DNA from: Candidatus Bathyarchaeota archaeon
GTDB lineage: Archaea; Thermoproteota; Bathyarchaeia; TCS64
Reading direction: 5' to 3'
Length of the DNA: 64,000 bases
Assembly: GCA_963771885.1 (NCBI GenBank)
Contig: CAVYVF010000002.1
Span: forward strand, 1 to 64,000
In this document: positions 10,781 through 19,442 of the stretch, in pieces
Layout of the letters: each line of letters opens with the position of its first letter
Numbering within the stretch: the first letter of the stretch is position 1
The notes under the pieces: model-generated
Told to the model about the DNA's origin: nothing
Databases searched by the model: none
What the model saw: the letters and a program-made list of their open reading frames with translations, nothing else
Translations under genes and position numbers: made by a program

Positions 10781-11218
10781 TTGCCAACTGAAGAAGACGA
10801 GAAGATAGCCAGCAAACTCAAAGGAAACACCCTGAGAGTCTACTGGGAGATACAAAAATCAGATACCGAAACCTTGGGCGTACGTGAAATACAGAGGCGA
10901 CTAAAATTCTCAAGCCCCGCATTAGCTTCATATCACATAACAAAACTGGAGGAGATGGGGCTCGTGAAGAAGAAGGATGGTGACTACACATTAGCCAAGG
11001 AGATCAACGTGGGCATCTTCACGGAATTCGTGAAACTGGGAACCTTCAGATTCCCCAGATTTCTAATGTACTCCACATTCTTCACCCTAATGCTAATACT
11101 ATTCATAGCCCAGCTAGACGAGTTCAACAAAAACAGCCTCTACGCGTTAACCGCGTTAGTCACAGCCGCTACCATACTATGGTACGAGACCGTAAAGGTC
11201 TGGCGACAGAAGCCGTGA
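10781..11218 (+). CDS. Membrane-anchored wHTH transcriptional regulator
   Basis: LKGNTLRVYW...GVREIQRRLKFSSPALASYHITKLEEMGLV plus two C-terminal TM helices. Confidence 0.85.
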   Translation: MPTEEDEKIASKLKGNTLRVYWEIQKSDTETLGVREIQRRLKFSSPALASYHITKLEEMGLVKKKDGDYTLAKEINVGIFTEFVKLGTFRFPRFLMYSTFFTLMLILFIAQLDEFNKNSLYALTALVTAATILWYETVKVWRQKP

Positions 11219-11221
11219 GCA

Positions 11222-11256
11222 AGTGTACAACTTCTTGAACAGAGTGTACAATTACA
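11222..11256 (+). promoter_or_regulatory. Putative tandem operator upstream of the DUF4382 gene
   Basis: AGTGTACAA at 11222 and 11243 (21-bp period) with TGAACA between. Confidence 0.45.
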
Positions 11257-11314
11257 TTTGATTAAGTTCACCCACACGGGATACTATCTCGTGAAACTTG
11301 GAGAGCGATAATGA

Positions 11315-11881
11315 ATGGCGTTTGAACCCCGCAAAATAATAGTATACGCTTTCATCGGATGCCTAGCCGCCTTGTTGGTGGCTTCATCAATCGGTTTACT
11401 CCCCGGCTTCTTCAGACCGGCCACCGCGACGGGTACGCTGTCGGTTCTAGTTACAGATGCCCCTGTGCCTGACCTGTTAAACCTCAACTTGACGATAAGC
11501 AGCTTCATGGTACAGAACGGCACCGGAAGCTGGGTCTCAGTCCCAATTAATGGAGGCGTTCAGTACTTCGACCTGCTGAAGCTTCAAAATGTTACGAAGG
11601 CTCTGGCGCTCGGAAGCCTACCCGTCGGCAACTTTTCAAAGATTAGGCTACAGATTGATTCGGCGAACGCTACGCTAAGTGATGGGACCAAGATCGACCT
11701 AAGAGTTCCATCCGGCCACATCGACCTCCAGGTTATGTTCGAGATAATGTCGGGAAAGACGACCCGCCTCGTAATTGATATTGTGGTGGACAAAATTCAG
11801 ATAGCTGAATCGGGGTACTCTGGGAAACCGGCTAACCTGAACCCGCAATTCAGGTTCGTCGTTGTTCCACCGACGCAATGA
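11315..11881 (+). CDS. DUF4382-family exported protein
   Basis: N-terminal TM, GTLSVLVTDAP, FDLLKLQN, LRVPSG. Confidence 0.85.
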   Translation: MAFEPRKIIVYAFIGCLAALLVASSIGLLPGFFRPATATGTLSVLVTDAPVPDLLNLNLTISSFMVQNGTGSWVSVPINGGVQYFDLLKLQNVTKALALGSLPVGNFSKIRLQIDSANATLSDGTKIDLRVPSGHIDLQVMFEIMSGKTTRLVIDIVVDKIQIAESGYSGKPANLNPQFRFVVVPPTQ

Positions 11882-11925
11882 TTTCGACGTGTAGATAATT
11901 TATGTACTTGATATGGGTGAGAGGT

Positions 11926-12066
11926 TTGAGTTCTGAGGGGATTGAGGGACTAGTTAACGAGTTGAAGGCTAAGGAGGCGCGGATAAGGAGGGTTCGCCAG
12001 CGATTAGAGGAGAATCTTAGGAAAAAGATTTGGCTGGATTGGCAGAAGATGTCCAAGTCCTCCTAG
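11926..12066 (+). CDS. Small basic coiled-coil protein (46 aa, not in ORF track)
   Basis: TTG start after GGTGAGAGG; MSSEGIEGLVNELKAKEARIRRVRQRLEENLRKKIWLDWQKMSKSS. Confidence 0.4.
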   Translation: MSSEGIEGLVNELKAKEARIRRVRQRLEENLRKKIWLDWQKMSKSS

Positions 12067-12276
12067 AGTCCTTACCCAAACTAGCGCGTGCCTTATCTAC
12101 GAGTGTGTTCACTGCGGCTTCCGCCTCGACTCCCTTGGCCAGAAACCGCTCTTCTTCAGGCAGGTCTCCTGGTCGCATACCGGCCAGCCGCGCGCGCGGG
12201 GGTGTGCTCGCTCTGGTGAGATAATTTTATCGCGCGCGCAAGTTATTAAAACTGAGGCATGGCAGTATTCCTAGGA

Positions 12277-13959
12277 ATGCCTATGGCTCTACCGACGAAG
12301 ATAGAGATCGCCCAGAGCGCCAAGCTCAAGCCGATCACGGAGATCGCCGCGGGTCTCGGCCTCAGCGCCGACGACATCGAGATGTACGGCAAGTACAAGG
12401 CGAAGATACGCCCCGAGGTCTACATCCGCAATAAGGACAAGCCCGACGGCAAGCTCATCATAGTCACCGCCATCACCCCCACCAAGTTCGGGGAGGGTAA
12501 GACCACGATGAGCATCGGCCTCGCCGAAGCCCTCGGCAAACTGGGCAAGAGGAACATAGTCGTCCTCCGCCAGCCCAGCCTCGGCCCCGTCTTCGGCGTC
12601 AAGGGCGGCGCCTGCGGAGCCGGCTACGCCCAGGTCCTCCCCATGGAGGACATAAACGTCCACTTCACAGGCGATCTGCACGCCATCACCTGCGCCCACG
12701 ACCTGCTCACCAGCATAATGGAGAACCACATCAACAGGGGCAACGAGCTGGGCATAAACCTCCACGACATCATGTGGAAACGCGTCATAGACATTGAGAG
12801 CAGGACGCTCCGCAAGATCGTCGTCGGCATAGGCGGCAAGAACAACGGCATACCCTACGAGAGCGGCTTCGAGATCACAACCGCCTCCGAGATCGCCGCC
12901 ATCCACGCCATCAGCAGCGACTTCATGGACCTCAAGCGCCGCATGGCCGCAATCACAGTCGCATACGACAAGGAGGGCAAGCCAGTCACGGCGGGCCAGC
13001 TCCAGGTCGTCGGCGCTATGGCGATCCTCATGAAGGACGCGGTGAAGCCCAACCTCATCCAGACCATCGAGGGCACGCCCGGCATCATCCACGGCGGCCC
13101 ATTCGCCAACATCGCCCACGGCTGCCCCAGCCTCATCGCCATAAAGACGGCGCAGAAGCTCACCGACTACGTCGTCCTCGAGCCCGGCTTCGGCGCAGAC
13201 CTCGGCATGGAGAAGTTCTGCAACATCGCCAGCCGCGCCGGCGGACTCAAGCCAAGCGTCGCCGTCATCGTCGCCACAATCAAGGCCCTCAAGCGCCACG
13301 GCGGAACCAAGTACAAGGACATCGACAAGCCCAGCGCCGAGAACGTCAAGAAGGGCCTCCCCATCCTCGCCAAAGAGGTCGAGAACGCCAAAAAGTTCGG
13401 CCTCCACCCAGTCGTCTGCATGAACCACTTCCTCAACGACGCGCAGGAGGAGATCGACATAGTCATGAAGTGGGCGGAGGACAACGGCGTCCCCGCCGCC
13501 TTCACCGACACCGTCCTCAAGGGCGGCGCAGGAGGCACAGAGCTCGCCAACCTCGTCCTCAAGGAGCTCGAGAAGCCCAACAACTTCCACTATCTCTACC
13601 CACTCGAGATGCCCGTCGAGGAGAAGATCAGGACCATCGCCAAGGAGATCTACGGAGTCGCCGACATACGCCTCACCGACGACGCGAGGAAGGCGCTGAA
13701 GCAGATAGAGAAGCTCGGATTCGACAAGCTCCCAATCTGCATGGCGAAGACGCCCCTAAGCCTCACCGACAACGAGGACCTCCAGGGACTCCCACCTGCC
13801 GGCTACATACTCCCCATCGTCAACCTCAAGCCCAGCACCGGCGTAGGCTTCATCGTCGCCTACTGCGGCGACATCAGCACCATGCCCGGCGAGCCCACGC
13901 ACCCCGCCAGCGAAGAGATGGACATCGACGAGAACGGCATCATAAAGGGGCTTGCTTAG
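12277..13959 (+). CDS. fhs: Formate--tetrahydrofolate ligase
   Basis: TAITPTKFGEGKTT, HFTGDLHAI, HGGPFANIAHG, GFGADLG. Confidence 0.97.
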   Translation: MPMALPTKIEIAQSAKLKPITEIAAGLGLSADDIEMYGKYKAKIRPEVYIRNKDKPDGKLIIVTAITPTKFGEGKTTMSIGLAEALGKLGKRNIVVLRQPSLGPVFGVKGGACGAGYAQVLPMEDINVHFTGDLHAITCAHDLLTSIMENHINRGNELGINLHDIMWKRVIDIESRTLRKIVVGIGGKNNGIPYESGFEITTASEIAAIHAISSDFMDLKRRMAAITVAYDKEGKPVTAGQLQVVGAMAILMKDAVKPNLIQTIEGTPGIIHGGPFANIAHGCPSLIAIKTAQKLTDYVVLEPGFGADLGMEKFCNIASRAGGLKPSVAVIVATIKALKRHGGTKYKDIDKPSAENVKKGLPILAKEVENAKKFGLHPVVCMNHFLNDAQEEIDIVMKWAEDNGVPAAFTDTVLKGGAGGTELANLVLKELEKPNNFHYLYPLEMPVEEKIRTIAKEIYGVADIRLTDDARKALKQIEKLGFDKLPICMAKTPLSLTDNEDLQGLPPAGYILPIVNLKPSTGVGFIVAYCGDISTMPGEPTHPASEEMDIDENGIIKGLA

Positions 13960-13961
13960 AA

Positions 13962-14793
13962 TTGGCGATAATCCTCGACGGCAAGGAGACCTCCGCCAAG
14001 ATCGTGGAGGAGATCAAGGCTGAGGTCGCCGCCCTCAAGGCGAAGGGCGTCACGCCGACCCTCGCACTCATCCTCATCGGGGCCGATCCCGGATTCCACC
14101 CGCTACGTCAACCTCAAGGTCAAGCGCGCCGACGAGGCCGGCATCGCCACACAACTCCACAGCTTCGAGACCGCGACAACAGAGCAGATCGTACAGCTCA
14201 TCGAAAAACTCAACGCCGACCCCAAGGTCCACGGCATAATGGTCCAGCTCCCCGCCCCCGGCGTCAACGAGGGAAAGATAGTAGAAGCCATCTCACCCGA
14301 GAAGGACGTGGACGCCCTCAGCCCAGTGACCTTCGGCAAAATCGTCCTCGGGGAAAAGTCCTTCCTCCCCGCCGGCATCGAGGCCGTCATGGAGCTCCTC
14401 AGACGCTACAACGTCGAAACAGAGGGCAAGCACTGGGTCGTCGCAGGGCTCCCAAGCTGGCTCGGCAAGCCACTGGTGGCTATGCTCCTCAACAAGAAGG
14501 TACAGGTGACGGCGTTCGCCGCCGACGACCCCCACCTCCCCGAGCTCGTCAAGCTAGCCGACGTCCTCTGCATCGAGATCCACAAGAAGTGGACGGTCAC
14601 CGCCGACATGGTGAAGAAGGGTATCGTCGTCATCGACAACGGCAACAGCTACGAGGGCAAGAAAGTCTTCGGCGACGTCGACTACGACGGCGTGTCACCC
14701 CTCGCGTCGGCGATCACACCCGTCCCCGGCGGAGTAGGCCCACTACTCATCACGATGCTCCTCAAGAACACAGTGAAGGCAGCCACCTCCTAG
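13962..14793 (+). CDS. folD: Methylene-THF dehydrogenase/cyclohydrolase (frameshift near 14095)
   Basis: MAIILDGK, RYVNLK, VHGIMVQLP, EKDVD, GDVD, ITPVPGGVGP. Confidence 0.93.
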
Positions 14794-14841
14794 AAACGAC
14801 GAGCATCTTTTTTTCACGGAAAACCAATCGGAGACTCGGCA

Positions 14842-16845
14842 CTAAGCCTTCCTGATCCTGCAGGGTATGCCTCGAAGCTGCGGGGCTCCCATGGCGGGAC
14901 ACAACTTCCCATCCAAACTCGTGATGTTATTCAAGTTCGAGTCGCCTCCCCAGCCGGGGGCCGCGTAGACCAGCCGGGGATCTATGCTATTGTTCAAATT
15001 TATGCGCTGGGTGACGGAGCCGGTGGAGGTCTCGATGACCGCCATATCCCCCGCTTTCAACCCGTACTCGCTGGCTGCCTCCGCGTGAAGCTCTATAAAC
15101 GGCTCAGGCGAGAGCCTGCGTAGGCTGGGAAGAAGCCTCCAACTTGAGTGGTAGCTGTAAGGATCTTTCCCCGACGTGAGAAGCAGGGGATAATCGGGGG
15201 AAGGCTCCTTCAGGGGCTCCACGTCTGGGATGGGTGAGACCCCCATCGAAAGCAGGCTCTCGCTGTATAACTCGACCTTACCAGTCGCCGTTCGGAACCC
15301 TGAGGACCTGTACTTGTAATAACTCTGAGGCGCCCAGAATGTGCCTATCGCCTTCAGCTCATTGTAGGTTAACCCAGCGGGTTCGAGCACGTGGTCCCAG
15401 ATCTCGGACTCATTTGCCCAAAACAATTCGCCAACACCGAGTTCTCCTGCTAGCAGGTTGATCCACTGGATGTCGCTCTCGCAGTCGCCGGGGGCATCGA
15501 CCAGCTTGGGGCGAGCGTTGATGTGCCCGCTACGCGGGCTTAGGTCGTCGTACTCGTGATTCGCCGCGGCCGGCAGAATAACGTCCGCGAACCGTGTGGT
15601 CTCCGTCTCGAAGAAGTCGACTACTACGAGCAGATCGAGGCTCAGGAGTGCCTTCTGCATCATCGCTGAATCCGCGTAGGTGACCATTGGGTTGCTGCCG
15701 AAGACGACTGAGGCGCGGACTGGGTAGGGTTCCCCGGTCAGAGCAGCCTTTAGCGTCTCTTGGCTCGCCGTTATGTTGTGAGCTGATGCCACCCGGTACT
15801 CCGAGGCTATCATCGGCTTCTTGCTAGTATCCGGGACGTCGGTGATTCTGTTGAGGGGTACTGGGCTGCTTAGAACTTCTCCTCCAGGCGTGTCGAGGTT
15901 GGCCGTGATAGCGCGTAGTATCGATATTAGGCGGCAGGCTTGGAACGCGCCCGGTATCTGGTCAAGCGGGTTGCCCGCCTGGATCACAGCAGGCTTTGAA
16001 GAAGCGTATGTCCGCGCTAGTCTCTGGATATCAGCGATCGGTATCCAGGTTTCCTCGCTCAACTCCTCGTAACTGTATCTGCCGACGAGTTCACGCAGCT
16101 GAGGAAATCCGACGGTCCACTTCTCGACGAACTCCTGATCGTAGAGCCCCTCATCGATTATCGTCTTTATGACTGCCAAGGCGAGGTAGGCGTCGCTTGC
16201 GGGTCTCGGCTTGAGCCACAGCTCCGCCCGCTCCGCGATGCTCGTCTTTTTTGGGTCCACTACGAGTATCTTCGTGCCATGGCGCTGCGCGTCCTTGAAG
16301 ATGTTTATCACGCTCTCCGAACCCGTCTGTAGGCTGTTGCGCCCCCAGACGAGGAGGCACTCAGGCGGCTGCGAAGTATCGGGTGTGCTCTTCTGGCCGT
16401 AGGTGTAAGAGTCTGCGAAGATTCGGGCGACGCTGCAGACGTTGTCCACGTTGGCGATGTTTGGCGTCCCTATGGACCTGGCCAGCCGGACGAGCATCTC
16501 GGTAACGAGGTCGTTCCTGTGGGCGCCTCTGTGGAACACAATCGACTCCGGGCCATGCCTGTCACGGACCTCCTTCAGCTTCGCGCCGATGTAGGCGAGG
16601 GCTTCACCCCGTGTTACTTTTCTCCACTCCCCTGAGCCGCGTGGACCGACCCGGATCATGGGATAGATAACTCGGTCAGGGTGATAGATCAGCTCGGGTA
16701 AGGCTCTCCCTTTGGCGCATACGTATCCTCGAGTCGGGGGATAGTCGGGGTCTCCATCGACCCTGATGATCCTGCCATCCTCGACGGTTACGATGACTCC
16801 GCAGGAAGCGCCGCACATCTTCCCGCAGAAAGTCCGCACCCTCAT
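14842..16845 (-). CDS. Molybdopterin (bis-MGD) oxidoreductase, DMSO reductase family
   Basis: CGKMCGASC...C 4Fe-4S motif, RVIYPM, ETTRFADVILPAA, FRTATGKVEL. Confidence 0.93.
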   Translation of the reverse strand: MRVRTFCGKMCGASCGVIVTVEDGRIIRVDGDPDYPPTRGYVCAKGRALPELIYHPDRVIYPMIRVGPRGSGEWRKVTRGEALAYIGAKLKEVRDRHGPESIVFHRGAHRNDLVTEMLVRLARSIGTPNIANVDNVCSVARIFADSYTYGQKSTPDTSQPPECLLVWGRNSLQTGSESVINIFKDAQRHGTKILVVDPKKTSIAERAELWLKPRPASDAYLALAVIKTIIDEGLYDQEFVEKWTVGFPQLRELVGRYSYEELSEETWIPIADIQRLARTYASSKPAVIQAGNPLDQIPGAFQACRLISILRAITANLDTPGGEVLSSPVPLNRITDVPDTSKKPMIASEYRVASAHNITASQETLKAALTGEPYPVRASVVFGSNPMVTYADSAMMQKALLSLDLLVVVDFFETETTRFADVILPAAANHEYDDLSPRSGHINARPKLVDAPGDCESDIQWINLLAGELGVGELFWANESEIWDHVLEPAGLTYNELKAIGTFWAPQSYYKYRSSGFRTATGKVELYSESLLSMGVSPIPDVEPLKEPSPDYPLLLTSGKDPYSYHSSWRLLPSLRRLSPEPFIELHAEAASEYGLKAGDMAVIETSTGSVTQRINLNNSIDPRLVYAAPGWGGDSNLNNITSLDGKLCPAMGAPQLRGIPCRIRKA

Positions 16846-17039
16846 GTACCATGGGTTGCCTCCCGAGGAATTAATACCTCTCAAAGACCTCCGAGAAAGT
16901 TGACCAACACGTGGTGGGCTATATGCAAGTGTAGCTCGCGCGACATCGAGACTCGCACACATTTTCAACCATCTCCCCCCTTACCCGCCATCAAGGATTT
17001 TAAACAGGAGCGCCACCCCCATGTTACGAGGCGCGCCCT

Positions 17040-17426
17040 TTGGCCAAGTTTGATTCACGCAACGCCCGCCGCATGATGCAGCGCATGGGAATGCAGATGC
17101 AGGAGTACGGTAACGTCACCCGGGTCATCCTACAGAGCCCCGGTAAGGAGATAATCATAGACCAGCCCGCAGTGACGAGCATAAACGTCCAGGGGCAGAA
17201 GATATTCCAGATAACAGGCGGCAAGGTCACCGAGAGGGCGGCACAGGCGGGAGTCGCAGCCCCGGGCACGGCTCCAGTTGTGGAGAAGCCAGCGATACAG
17301 GTCCCCGAGGAGGACGTGCTCCTAGTCGCCCAGCAGGCCAAGGTCTCGATGGAGAAGGCGAGGGAGACCCTCATCAAGTGTGAGGGCGACCTCGCTAGGG
17401 CCATCCTCATGCTCCAGACAAGTTAG
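17040..17426 (+). CDS. nac: Nascent polypeptide-associated complex protein
   Basis: RRMMQRMGM...EEDVLLVAQQAKVSMEKAR..L...GDLARAI. Confidence 0.95.
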   Translation: MAKFDSRNARRMMQRMGMQMQEYGNVTRVILQSPGKEIIIDQPAVTSINVQGQKIFQITGGKVTERAAQAGVAAPGTAPVVEKPAIQVPEEDVLLVAQQAKVSMEKARETLIKCEGDLARAILMLQTS

Positions 17427-17436
17427 AGGTTATACC

Positions 17437-18645
17437 GTGGCACTCAGGGTCAGGCAGCAGCGCGGCGTCGTCGTCGAGTACAAGGGGCAGGGGGTGGTGC
17501 TCGACCCCACGGGGAACGGGCACGGCTACCCCGTCTTCGTCAGCCACGCCCACGCCGACCACGCAGCCGCCTTCAAGTACCCCGAGAAGCAGAAGTACGC
17601 CACCGAGGAGACCCACCAGATCCTCCACGGCCTCGGCTGGAAACACACCGACAACTGCCAACACATCAAGCTGGGCGACAAGATCAAGATAGACGACATC
17701 GAGGTGCACGTCCACAACGCGGGACACGTACTGGGCAGCGTCGAGTTCGAGGTCAACACCCCCGAGGGCACCGTCCTCTACACCGGCGACATAGGCCTCG
17801 AGGAGTCCTACACGATGCACCCCGCCGAGCCCCGCGAGTGCGACATACTCGTCGTCGAGACCACCTTCGGCGCCCCCATGTTCAACTTCCCCAAGCGCCG
17901 CGACGTGGCCCTCGACATAGTCCGCTGGGCCACGATGGAGGCTATCCCGCAGGGGCGGATACCCACCTTCAAGACGGACTCCATCGGCAACGCCCAGGAG
18001 GTAATACGCATCTTCAACAGCCTGACGAAGCTCCCCGTCGTTACGGCGAAGAGCGCGACGAAGGTCAGCGACGTCTACAAGGGCTTCGGGCATGACCTCG
18101 AGTATTACGATTACAAGTCGGCGGATGGTGAGGAGCTCCTCGCCGGGGGAAAGTGCGCCATAATATCGCCGAAGGGATCGAAACTGCCCTACGATAACCT
18201 CGACTCCGCGTTGGCTTCCGGCTGGGCCGTCCTATTCGGGGGCAGGCAGCGCGCCTTCGCCCTCAGCGACCACGCCGACTTCAGGGGCCTCCTCGGATTC
18301 ATCAGGAAGTGTAAGCCGAAGAGGGTGCTCACCTTCCACGGCGGCACAATGACCCGCGAGTTCCCCGAATACGTGACTAAGAAGATGGGCGTAGACGCGC
18401 GCCCGCTCTCCTCGAAGGAGGAGACCCTCACCGGCACGATCCAGCGGGGGGAGACGCGCATAAAGGCGTGTACCAACCAGCTGCTACGCACACTCAGGAT
18501 ACCCGGCTTCGACTACGGGACGCCGTGGCTTGAGAGGGAGATGGCGAAGCAGGGATACAGCAGCGCCGAAACCGAGGAGACCCTCAGCTTCCTCGTGTCA
18601 AGGGGCATACTCGTGAGAACGGATAACGGCGTTAAGATGAGCTAG
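17437..18645 (+). CDS. MBL-fold beta-CASP-type hydrolase/nuclease
   Basis: SHAHADH, AGHVLGS, LYTGD, ETTFG, SDHADF. Confidence 0.9.
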   Translation: MALRVRQQRGVVVEYKGQGVVLDPTGNGHGYPVFVSHAHADHAAAFKYPEKQKYATEETHQILHGLGWKHTDNCQHIKLGDKIKIDDIEVHVHNAGHVLGSVEFEVNTPEGTVLYTGDIGLEESYTMHPAEPRECDILVVETTFGAPMFNFPKRRDVALDIVRWATMEAIPQGRIPTFKTDSIGNAQEVIRIFNSLTKLPVVTAKSATKVSDVYKGFGHDLEYYDYKSADGEELLAGGKCAIISPKGSKLPYDNLDSALASGWAVLFGGRQRAFALSDHADFRGLLGFIRKCKPKRVLTFHGGTMTREFPEYVTKKMGVDARPLSSKEETLTGTIQRGETRIKACTNQLLRTLRIPGFDYGTPWLEREMAKQGYSSAETEETLSFLVSRGILVRTDNGVKMS

Positions 18646-18941
18646 AGCCTAACTATCTGGGCGTGCGGCACGTCGCCGAAGTAGATGACGGCCCGGCTGT
18701 GGATCAGCCTCTTCTCGATGGCGGCCTCGACGACCCTCTTGCCAACCATGTTGCAGATCGTCGCGCGGCGCATCGCCTCGACGGCCTCATCGACGCCGGC
18801 GGGGATGCCCTTGTAGAACTCCTCACTCACCTTGAACGGCACCCTGCCGCCCAATATTGTCTGCCCTAAAAGCTCAGCGTCGCAGACCGCGACGAGGGTG
18901 TCCCTCCCATGCTTGCTGGTGCGGAGGAAAACCTCGCTCAT
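18642..18941 (-). CDS. DUF424 family protein
   Basis: LVAVCDAELLG...FYKG...ICNMVG...VPHAQ. Confidence 0.92.
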   Translation of the reverse strand: MSEVFLRTSKHGRDTLVAVCDAELLGQTILGGRVPFKVSEEFYKGIPAGVDEAVEAMRRATICNMVGKRVVEAAIEKRLIHSRAVIYFGDVPHAQIVRL

Positions 18942-18946
18942 GTCGC

Positions 18947-19372
18947 TCAACCCGTGCCGATGCTGCTGCGAGCGCCACATGCCTCACACTGGAGGAACCA
19001 GAGACGCTTCTCCTTGACGAGCGTGGTGTCGGGGCGGCCGCAGACTGAGCAGACGACGTACTTCTTCGCGTAGGTGTCGATGAGTCCCCTCATGGACTCG
19101 GCGTTGTGCTTTCCCTGGAAGAGTGCGCGGTTGCCGTCGAAGTTGGCCAGCGTCGCCATCTCGCCCGTCAGGAACTTGAGCAGGTGTTCGGGGTCGCGGC
19201 GGAGCTGCTCAGCGATCTCGCGGAAGTTGATTATAACCGTCTTCCTGCCCTGCAGCGCGATGTTCGCCCTAGGTACCGCGAACCTGTCGACGAAACTCGT
19301 CTGCTCGGGTAGGTCCTTGTATGCCCTGTCGAGCATCGCCTTATAGTCCTTCTCCAACCTGCTCACATCCAT
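18947..19372 (-). CDS. eif2b: Translation initiation factor aIF-2 beta subunit
   Basis: MLDRAY, RFAVP, KTVIINF, CSVCGRPDT...CEACGA. Confidence 0.95.
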   Translation of the reverse strand: MDVSRLEKDYKAMLDRAYKDLPEQTSFVDRFAVPRANIALQGRKTVIINFREIAEQLRRDPEHLLKFLTGEMATLANFDGNRALFQGKHNAESMRGLIDTYAKKYVVCSVCGRPDTTLVKEKRLWFLQCEACGARSSIGTG

Positions 19373-19442
19373 ATGCGCCGAGGCGATTAGCCGGGGCGCG
19401 TTCATGAAGTTGGTGCGCCGGGTCTTAAAAGGGTTCCCGGGG

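Noticed and set aside
12066..12198. Minus-strand protein-like frame starting at the 10-nt CG run (RLAGMRPGDLPEEERFLAKG...)
   Set aside because: Could be another truncated gene, but I cannot assign a family, so it is not used as evidence.
519..12239. Classical integron with attC sites
   Set aside because: No IntI gene, no clear RYYYAAC...GTTRRRY hairpins seen, and genes are in mixed orientation with their own promoters.
12289..13590. 433-aa antisense ORF and similar long overlapping ORFs (17407, 36535, 60312 etc.)
   Set aside because: Shadow frames of high-GC3 genes; no independent motifs.
14090..14105. Programmed frameshifting in folD, cmk or gcvPB
   Set aside because: No shared slippery heptamer; shifts are spread over unrelated genes.
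13470..14855. 461-aa Arg-rich ORF
   Set aside because: Off-frame of fhs and folD; only the stretch LAIILDGK...GADP is the real FolD N-terminus.
14842..16845. Selenocysteine or pyrrolysine recoding in redox genes
   Set aside because: No in-frame TGA/TAG at conserved positions; gene splits are frame changes.
18396..18402. 6-7 nt CG runs inside intact genes (also 19547, 44979, 59015)
   Set aside because: Compatible with Ala/Arg codons in GC-rich CDS; genes continue normally, so they were not counted as junctions.
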